From a virus (lineage: Duplodnaviria > Caudoviricetes): a stretch of 48,345 nt of DNA. A program made the translations under genes and the position numbers. Within the stretch, counting starts at the first letter, position 1. Each line of letters starts with the position of its first letter. Under the pieces are notes generated by a model that did no database searches, was not told the DNA's origin, and worked only from the letters and a program-made list of their open reading frames with translations. The DNA is taken from positions 1-48,345 of IMG/VR virus record IMGVR_UViG_3300037782_000051. The stretch is one strand, 5' to 3'. Shown here piece by piece: positions 42,294 to 48,345 of this stretch.

Positions 42294-43535
42294 TTATTTT
42301 TTGCGTTTGTTGTATTTCAGGCTTAACCGCTGGCTGGCATAGCGCGCCGCGTCACAGGCATGATTGTACTCATCTACCGGGATGCTTGCTTTCTTATCAT
42401 TCCAGACGTAGTTGTTAAGCTCTTTAATTAGGTTGGTACTGCTTGGTGTTACAATCATTTTGTAGTCCTGCATATCTCTGATGCCATCTATCACACTTCC
42501 TGGGTACTTAAGGGCCTTGCTGACATTCAACCGCGCCTTAGCCATTGCAGCCACCGTCCGTTTCTCGTTAGTATCACAGACAATGAGGTCCCGCTGGCTC
42601 TTGATAGCCCCCCGGACTGATTCTATCAGTTGATCTACCGATAGCTCGTTAGCATACAGGCACTCATCAAGGTATAGTATTTTGCGCTTATTGTCTATTG
42701 CCACGCGCACCAGGGCTGTCGGGTCTGGGCTGTAGCCGAAGTCAAGGCCGTAACAGTGCGGCAGGCTTTCGTCAAAGGCTCCTGTTGTCCAGTTGGTGAA
42801 GACTACGCCTTCTGCTCTTTCCAGCCAGCCACCTAAGATAAGATTGCGGTATTTGTCGGGGTTGTCCCGCTTGATGCGATCTACCTGAGATAAGAACGAC
42901 TTGTCAAGGTGCTGTAAGTTGTCAAGGTAGGTGGTATGAATGTGGATAACGTCAGGGTGGTTGCTTACCGGGATTTGCTGCCCGTCTATTTCGATGAAAC
43001 TAAGGTGATTTTCAAACCAGCGCTTGTATATCCAATGCTCTTTCGTGGTAGGGTTCAGAATGAGTATTACGCTGTTCTTTGCGTTGCTTGTCCTGATGGA
43101 TAAGTCTATCTTATCAAAGCTCGCTTCATCCACCATCTCTTCTGCCTCATCAATTACAAAGGTGCTTACCCCTTGTATAGATTTGAGCTTTGCTGTCTGG
43201 TTGCCGGAACTTGTTTTGATGCCCCGAAAAAGAATGTCGGAGCCGGTAACAGTGCAAGTAATGTCTTTTGTCTTGACATCAAAGAAGTCAAGGCCGCCGA
43301 GCAGCTCTATCTTTTCGGTAAATTCAGGGATAATACTTATCTCTGCTGATGCCATCGTGTAGCGGGTGTATAATACGCGCTTACCTGGTGCGCCCCAAAT
43401 ATCCCGGCAAATGAAAGCAGAGACAGCAAAAGACTTACCGGAGCCTCTACCGCCGGTAATGATAATATAGCGCTTGCCGTGTGATTGGTCGAAAAGCGGT
43501 TTGTACTTCTTTGGTATTTTGATTGGTTTGCTCAA
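42294..43535 (-). CDS. terL: Terminase large subunit (PBSX-like)
   Basis: Walker A TGGRGSGKS, Walker B FVIDEAEE, LNP, nuclease GLDFG and NHACDAARY. Confidence 0.95.
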   Translation of the reverse strand: MSKPIKIPKKYKPLFDQSHGKRYIIITGGRGSGKSFAVSAFICRDIWGAPGKRVLYTRYTMASAEISIIPEFTEKIELLGGLDFFDVKTKDITCTVTGSDILFRGIKTSSGNQTAKLKSIQGVSTFVIDEAEEMVDEASFDKIDLSIRTSNAKNSVILILNPTTKEHWIYKRWFENHLSFIEIDGQQIPVSNHPDVIHIHTTYLDNLQHLDKSFLSQVDRIKRDNPDKYRNLILGGWLERAEGVVFTNWTTGAFDESLPHCYGLDFGYSPDPTALVRVAIDNKRKILYLDECLYANELSVDQLIESVRGAIKSQRDLIVCDTNEKRTVAAMAKARLNVSKALKYPGSVIDGIRDMQDYKMIVTPSSTNLIKELNNYVWNDKKASIPVDEYNHACDAARYASQRLSLKYNKRKK

Positions 43536-43897
43536 TCACCGATGATGATTTGTGGGGGCGCGGGTGGCTGTTTCTGTTTGTTGTGCTCTTCGTAGTAGCC
43601 AAATCGCTTAGCTAAGTTCTCCGCTGCCTTAATCCTGTCTGCGCCTTTTTGATTTTCGTCATCTTTCATCATTCGAAAGAACTCAGTGAGTTCATCGGCA
43701 GTAATTTCAAGGCGCTCTTTGCGGTCAGATTGCAACTCTTTGATAAAATTCTGAACATTAGGTTTTCTAAGGTTTTCTGATGCGCTAACTGTAGCTGTCT
43801 TTTCACTATAGCCCGCCCTAATAGCCGCCTGTGTGCCATTGAAGTCAACGACATATTCCCTGCAAAATGCCTCCTGTTTTTTGGTTAGCTTGTTCAT
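43532..43897 (-). CDS. terS: Terminase small subunit
   Basis: LTKKQEAFCREYVVDFNGTQAAIRAGYSEKTA signature. Confidence 0.93.
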   Translation of the reverse strand: MNKLTKKQEAFCREYVVDFNGTQAAIRAGYSEKTATVSASENLRKPNVQNFIKELQSDRKERLEITADELTEFFRMMKDDENQKGADRIKAAENLAKRFGYYEEHNKQKQPPAPPQIIIGD

Positions 43898-43943
43898 CAC
43901 TTCCAAAGATACGTAAAATTAAAACACCATGCTTGTGTTGCTA

Positions 43944-44087
43944 TCACAAGCCTTCTTTTTGCTCGACATACGCAATCAGCACATCAAGCGCCTGCCCGAT
44001 GTAGCTAGGGTTTGGCATAGGGTGCGTACCGCCTCTGCGCCAGACCTGGTAGTCTTTTATTACTTGGAGTGCTGTTTGGATGCTCAT
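43944..44087 (-). CDS. 47-aa hypothetical protein (MSIQTALQVIKDYQVWRRGG...)
   Basis: Manual translation; ATGA coupling with the upstream ORF. Confidence 0.55.
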   Translation of the reverse strand: MSIQTALQVIKDYQVWRRGGTHPMPNPSYIGQALDVLIAYVEQKEGL

Positions 44088-44308
44088 GCGAAGCGTTTAA
44101 GGATGTTCTCGAATTGTTTTTTGTAGCCTTGATTAACCTGTTTTGAGTATTTCTCGTTAATCAATTCGATGTACTTATGCATATACCACTCCCACCACGC
44201 TGATTCACGTCTTGCTTGATACCTGCCGGGATCTGATTCTAACCCCTTCGCAAAATCAATCTGCGCTTTTGCTTCAGCGTCTGCCTTTGCTTTTTCCATG
44301 TTGCTCAT
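44084..44308 (-). CDS. Hypothetical protein
   Basis: ATG at 44308 after an A-rich leader. Confidence 0.6.
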   Translation of the reverse strand: MSNMEKAKADAEAKAQIDFAKGLESDPGRYQARRESAWWEWYMHKYIELINEKYSKQVNQGYKKQFENILKRFA

Positions 44309-44411
44309 ATTGCTTTCTTTTTCAAAACGCGAAGGTGGCACGCCCTTCGCTGCATAATCCCAAATTCAACCAGAATGAATGAATATCCCTGCCGTGCCTC
44401 AGGAGTTAGTC

Positions 44412-44771
44412 TTAGATCGGCTTCACCTGCTCTTTCATAAAGCTTTGTTGAACGCCGTTGCTGAACTTAACATCAATAAGCCCGTAAGAGCTGATGCGTT
44501 TGACGATGCCGGCGCCTTTCGGAGTGCTTACTACGTCATCAACGTTGATCGTCTGATTAATCTTCTTCAGGCGCTTGCGGGCATTATCCCGCTTCTGCTT
44601 GCGCTTTACCGGGTCCGGCTCGTTGTCCTGCTCTCTTATCCATTTTCGCGCACGCTGAAGGGCTGTCACCTTGTCGAGGCTCGTTGTTGCTGTCCGGTAC
44701 AGTTCTTTGCGGTAGTGCGTCACTACGCCGTACCATTCGCCGTTTGGCGCTTCGATTGCTGTTGGTTTCAT
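44412..44771 (-). CDS. Basic hypothetical protein with SH3-like C-terminus
   Basis: INVDDVVSTPKGAGIVKRI...VKF pattern. Confidence 0.65.
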   Translation of the reverse strand: MKPTAIEAPNGEWYGVVTHYRKELYRTATTSLDKVTALQRARKWIREQDNEPDPVKRKQKRDNARKRLKKINQTINVDDVVSTPKGAGIVKRISSYGLIDVKFSNGVQQSFMKEQVKPI

Positions 44772-44774
44772 TGC

Positions 44775-45056
44775 TTATCTGATTTGATGGTGAATGAATA
44801 ACTCTCCATTCGCATTTCTGTACAGTATTCGATTCCACCCACCTTTTTCGTAGATTGAAATAGAATACTCAATACCTGGCTCCCCATTAGGGTAGGTTAT
44901 CCAATAATCGCCTATTTTAAGGTCATTTGTGCCATCCTGAAAGTTGTACAAATTAGGGTTTTTAGCTTTTACTTCATCAATGCCTGTTTGCTTGCCGACA
45001 AGCATACCTATGCCAAAAACAATAGAAGCGCCAATTACTAGTACGATGTATTTCAT
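44775..45056 (-). CDS. N-terminal membrane-anchored protein
   Basis: MKYIVLVIGASIVFGIGMLVG; ATGA coupling. Confidence 0.65.
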   Translation of the reverse strand: MKYIVLVIGASIVFGIGMLVGKQTGIDEVKAKNPNLYNFQDGTNDLKIGDYWITYPNGEPGIEYSISIYEKGGWNRILYRNANGELFIHHQIR

Positions 45057-45418
45057 ATCAATACAATTAGAGTTAACAATATAGAAAACACGCCAGCCAC
45101 AATCAGCAGCACCATCAGCATCCCGTGCGCTGCGATAATAATGTACAGCCACAGCCGAGCGAAGAAACCGAGCGCGAACCACTCTGTAGCGCCGCTACCT
45201 TTGTACCTGCGTTGCTTTAGCTTGTACTTGCGGTGCAGGGCTGTTTCCAGCTTCTTAGCGTTCAGCACACGAAAGTAGGCTACTGGGTATTCGGTGCTGC
45301 CTTTTATGCTGCTGTTAATCTGCTGCCACCGCTTTCGAGGGTTAGCTGCGATGCCAATTTTAACAAGGCGCTTATTTGAAGTAGTGCGCCCTATGTAAAT
45401 ATACCGGGTGTCAATCAT
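45053..45418 (-). CDS. GIY-YIG/T5orf172-domain protein with C-terminal membrane anchor
   Basis: YIYIG...VKIGIAANPRKRW...LETALHRKY...EWF, followed by a long hydrophobic tail. Confidence 0.75.
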   Translation of the reverse strand: MIDTRYIYIGRTTSNKRLVKIGIAANPRKRWQQINSSIKGSTEYPVAYFRVLNAKKLETALHRKYKLKQRRYKGSGATEWFALGFFARLWLYIIIAAHGMLMVLLIVAGVFSILLTLIVLI

Positions 45419-45573
45419 GAGCGTTGTATCATCGTTATGAATGCTGCTAAGCAACCTGCAAGGCCCGCGAAGCCGTACAGCGAAGGATAGCCAAAACGTG
45501 CTGCTCCTACTGCACAAGCGAACGCAAGCCCTGCAAATAGGTAAGTGAATGTAGTTAAGATTTTGTTACCCAT
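45415..45573 (-). CDS. 52-aa two-TM protein (MGNKILTTFTYLFAGLAF...)
   Basis: Manual translation; overlaps both neighbours. Confidence 0.55.
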   Translation of the reverse strand: MGNKILTTFTYLFAGLAFACAVGAARFGYPSLYGFAGLAGCLAAFITMIQRS

Positions 45574-47218
45574 TTTGGATTGCTTTTTTCAGTTCATTCA
45601 GCTTTTCAAGCCGCTTGGTTTTGTTGCTGTCATCCGGCAAAACCTGCTTTGCGACATCAAGCAGCTCAAGTGCAATTTCATCATCCCCTGCTGCAAAGGC
45701 TTGCCCTGCCCTACTTAGGTAAGACCTGAACGCTGCACCTGATTGCTTGCGTTTCGGTTGCGTTTCGCCTGTTTCGCTATCTGTTGCGTTTGTTGCGCCT
45801 TCTGTTGCGCCTGTTGCACTATCATCATTCTGAGGGGAAGCAGAGTAGGTGCTTGCCTGATAGGTGTCAACACTGCTCATTGTACTTGCTGAGCTACTGT
45901 ACTGCTGCCTTGCTTGCTGTGCTTCTTGCCTCATTCTGATTTGTGCCGCTTCATTTTCTTGTTGCGCCCGCTGTTGCGCCTGTTGCGCCTGTTGCGCCCT
46001 TTGTTGCGCTTTTTGCATTGCTGTCTGATGCGCGACTAAACCTACCTGAGCATTGACAGTAGGGTGGGATGCAACAAGGTATTCAGCAATAGCAGCATTG
46101 TAAGCGCTTGAGGATTTTCCGACAGACTTCGCAACTCTTACCATTCGCTTGCTGCCTTCTTCTTTGAAGTACGCGGGCACCTGTGCAACCATCGTTACAA
46201 AGTAAGTGTAGATACTGCCTACCATATCGCCGAACACATCTGTAATACCTGGCTTGTCAGGGAAGAACGTCTCCATTGTATCATCGCTGTGGACGATGTG
46301 AAAAGCGACAAGCCAAGAGCAGAAGAAGCCGCCAACAACCAAGATGAAGTCGAGTAAGTAGTAGGTCCAGCGCTCGGCAGTGTAGAGCGTGTTTTCTGCC
46401 CATATTTGCGTATCTAGTTCCTTTTTGATATGCTGCCATTTCGGGTTGTTCCGCTCCTGATATAGCTTTTCCTGCATTGCAGCAAGGATTTTTGCCTTGC
46501 TATCTTTTCCAGCTTTAATAACTGCTTTTGCTTCCTTTGCTGCTGCTGCTTCTATGTCATAAGCTTTTTTCTCTGCCGCCTTAATCTCAAGTGAATACTC
46601 TGCTCTAATCCAGTCTTTGTTAGCGTAATCCCGCTGTTCTGCGGGACTACCTTGCTTAATAGCAGTTTCTACCGTTCTGCGTGCGAGCTGCTCAGCGTCT
46701 GCTTTTATTTGCGCGGCTTCTCGTTCTGAGCGCTCAATCGCTTTGTCTGCCTCTGCCTTATATGTAGATTCAATTCGTGCGAGCGCCTGCGTTTTGTCTT
46801 CCTCGAATGACTGTATCTTTTCGAGCGCATCTGATTCTGCCTGCTTGCCTACAACAGTACTCTCGCCAGTCAGGTAAGTAGCACCACCAGAGAAGAAAAA
46901 CCGGCCTGCCATAAGGGCAAACAGTATCAGCGTTGCAAAACCGCCTTTTTTGTAGATCTTCCAAAAGCCGCCCTGTTCTATTGCCTGTGCCAATGCAGCA
47001 ACAGAATTTTCGTACAGCGCATTATCAATGAGGTAGGTAATTACAAGCGCTGCGCCTACGACAAGCACAGACTCCCAAACAGGCGGCAGCATAATGCTGC
47101 CGCCTAATGCGCTTTCGCATACCCGGTAGGCCATCCATGCCGTTGTTACCATTAAGCCAAAGAACAAGCCTTTAGCGAGAGTGTGGATTTTGAATATGAT
47201 TTTTGCTATATATCCCAT
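45566..47218 (-). CDS. Multi-pass membrane protein with long coiled coils (550 aa)
   Basis: Three N-terminal hydrophobic segments, an A/E/K coiled coil, a further TM segment, then Q/A repeats and an S/T linker. Confidence 0.75.
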   Translation of the reverse strand: MGYIAKIIFKIHTLAKGLFFGLMVTTAWMAYRVCESALGGSIMLPPVWESVLVVGAALVITYLIDNALYENSVAALAQAIEQGGFWKIYKKGGFATLILFALMAGRFFFSGGATYLTGESTVVGKQAESDALEKIQSFEEDKTQALARIESTYKAEADKAIERSEREAAQIKADAEQLARRTVETAIKQGSPAEQRDYANKDWIRAEYSLEIKAAEKKAYDIEAAAAKEAKAVIKAGKDSKAKILAAMQEKLYQERNNPKWQHIKKELDTQIWAENTLYTAERWTYYLLDFILVVGGFFCSWLVAFHIVHSDDTMETFFPDKPGITDVFGDMVGSIYTYFVTMVAQVPAYFKEEGSKRMVRVAKSVGKSSSAYNAAIAEYLVASHPTVNAQVGLVAHQTAMQKAQQRAQQAQQAQQRAQQENEAAQIRMRQEAQQARQQYSSSASTMSSVDTYQASTYSASPQNDDSATGATEGATNATDSETGETQPKRKQSGAAFRSYLSRAGQAFAAGDDEIALELLDVAKQVLPDDSNKTKRLEKLNELKKAIQNG

Positions 47219-47439
47219 TCCGTTGTTATTGTTTTTTCGATAGTGCTTCTTTTTTCGTCTTCTTCGTCCTCTGCTGCTGCCTCTGCAAAACGCTCAGACA
47301 TCTGCATCCGGTAGTTCGCCCTAGCTATGTCAGCTTGTATCCCTGCTATGTGTGCCTGAAACACGACATACAACACCCATCCGTTGCAGGCAACAGCGGA
47401 CACAATAGCAAGCAGTGTGTGATTATCGTTTGCCCACAT
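47206..47439 (-). CDS. Small membrane-anchored protein
   Basis: ATG at 47439; hydrophobic N-terminal half and acidic tail. Confidence 0.55.
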   Translation of the reverse strand: MWANDNHTLLAIVSAVACNGWVLYVVFQAHIAGIQADIARANYRMQMSERFAEAAAEDEEDEKRSTIEKTITTEWDI

Positions 47440-47587
47440 GGTTCTCTTTTTGTCGCTTCTCAATGTACTCCCTTACAGCCACCTCCACCACATCGCGGAT
47501 GAGCATGTTTGTCTGCGCAGCGTGCACCTTAATAAGCTTGTGCGCTTCGCTGCTGATTGCAATTGTGCTGAGTTGTATTTTTTCCAT
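47423..47587 (-). CDS. Ribbon-helix-helix-like regulator (54 aa)
   Basis: Manual translation MEKIQLSTIAISSEAHKLIKVHAAQTNMLIRDVVEVAVREYIEKRQKENHVGKR; first gene after a promoter motif. Confidence 0.65.
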   Translation of the reverse strand: MEKIQLSTIAISSEAHKLIKVHAAQTNMLIRDVVEVAVREYIEKRQKENHVGKR

Positions 47588-47589
47588 GC

Positions 47590-47660
47590 GTGCAATATAG
47601 GTACAATTTTGTTATTTTACAACTTAACAGAAAGACCGTTTAAAATCCCTATATTGCAGC
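47590..47660. promoter_or_regulatory. Divergent promoter pair at the junction of the two genome arms
   Basis: TATATTGCA on the - strand (47591-47599) and on the + strand (47650-47658). Confidence 0.65.
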
Positions 47661-47732
47661 ACCATACCAAGAGAATCATTGTGATTGTTTGTTGTTAATA
47701 CTCTGCCCGGTAGCACTCCTGCCGGGTTTTTT
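47661..47732 (+). ncRNA. Candidate small RNA (~70 nt)
   Basis: Promoter motif, ORF-less U/G-rich segment, then hairpin CCCGGTAG/CTGCCGGG plus T6. Confidence 0.45.
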
Positions 47733-47803
47733 ATTTGCATTTTATGTGAATTATATTTTGTTTTTATAATTTACTTTTATACTTTTGTATTAACAACAAC
47801 GCA

Positions 47804-48345
47804 ATGACAATGGAAATACAGGACTTTAAGATTGACACGCATACCGCCTTAATGACGCTTATCGTTGAGGATGGCGAGGGCTATGCAAACACTGTGGAGT
47901 TTATGCAGTGGCTTGCTAAGTGGGGCTATGCAAAATCATTTATCGGCTTTTGCGATATGCTTGTGCCGTATAACGGGCGTGCAATCACTTACAGAAACTT
48001 GCTCAATCACTACGGGCACGATCAGCTTATGGATTGGGTGCAGCATTGGGTACATGAATCTGCCGACGTAGAATGGCACATTCAAGAACAGCAGCATGAG
48101 CAAGTGCATTACGCTGAGGTGCTCAGCGCTGAGGATAAAAAATATAGGCTTGGCCGGATGAAGGCAATGCGGGAAGCAATATTGTGGACGCTTAGGTTGA
48201 GGGATGGCAAGCAGTGCACCGCATTGGTTAACAGGAGCCTGCAAAACGGCACTATCCGAGTAGGGGATAAAGTGCAAGTTAAAGGCGAGTTGAGACAAAC
48301 AAAATACGGCTTACAGATTAAAGCAAAATCCATAAGCCGCAAAGC
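47804..48345 (+). CDS. 181-aa protein with C-terminal OB-fold-like segment; spans the circular join and ends at 138
   Basis: Manual translation MTMEIQDFKID...IRVGDKVQVKGELRQTKYGLQIKAKSISRKA*. A-rich leader before the ATG. Absent from the ORF track because it crosses the window end. Confidence 0.75.
   Translation, partial: MTMEIQDFKIDTHTALMTLIVEDGEGYANTVEFMQWLAKWGYAKSFIGFCDMLVPYNGRAITYRNLLNHYGHDQLMDWVQHWVHESADVEWHIQEQQHEQVHYAEVLSAEDKKYRLGRMKAMREAILWTLRLRDGKQCTALVNRSLQNGTIRVGDKVQVKGELRQTKYGLQIKAKSISRK
48220..48345 (+). repeat. 126-bp terminal direct repeat, right copy
   Basis: Identical to 9-134. The ORF starting at 47804 continues in frame to TAG at 136-138. Confidence 0.95.

Noticed and set aside
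45958-46010. 9-bp TGTTGCGCC tandem repeats
   Set aside because: They simply encode the AQQ repeats of the coiled-coil membrane protein.
1-48345. tRNA/rRNA genes, integrase, CI-like repressor, DNA polymerase
   Set aside because: None were recognised by eye. tRNAscan-SE and HMM searches would be needed to exclude divergent copies.

Overview
This window looks like a complete, circularly assembled ~48.2-kb tailed-phage genome of siphovirus type. Bases 9-134 repeat 48220-48345, an ORF reads through the join, and bases 1-8 look like an Illumina adapter remnant. The host is probably Bacteroidota, judged from TAnnTT(T)G-type promoters, A-rich leaders without Shine-Dalgarno sequences, and signal peptides followed by Gln. 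The + strand (47.8 kb through 13 kb) carries OB-fold/SSB-like genes, an HTH replication initiator with internal iterons, DnaB, a RuvC-like resolvase, an amidase and a PAPS-reductase-like gene. The - strand (47.6 kb down to 13 kb) carries a membrane-protein operon, TerS/TerL, portal, scaffold, capsid, tail genes with a -1 frameshifted chaperone pair, tape measure, fibre-like proteins, a holin, an S8 protease and a metallophosphoesterase. I recognised no integrase, reverse transcriptase, tRNA or CRISPR array. The standout feature is 6073-11468, an integron-like array of 10 gene cassettes separated by 56-66 nt attC-like hairpins (AAC/ACC...GTT/GGT). Each cassette has a constant scaffold: self-complementary ends (in 8 of 10, ten Watson-Crick pairs then a G-T at position 11), a ~130-nt structured leader, and a second, inner inverted repeat that brackets the cargo ORF. 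One scaffold is reused for two unrelated genes, and one cassette contains a nested cassette of another hairpin family. All protein calls are from motifs read by eye, with no database search.
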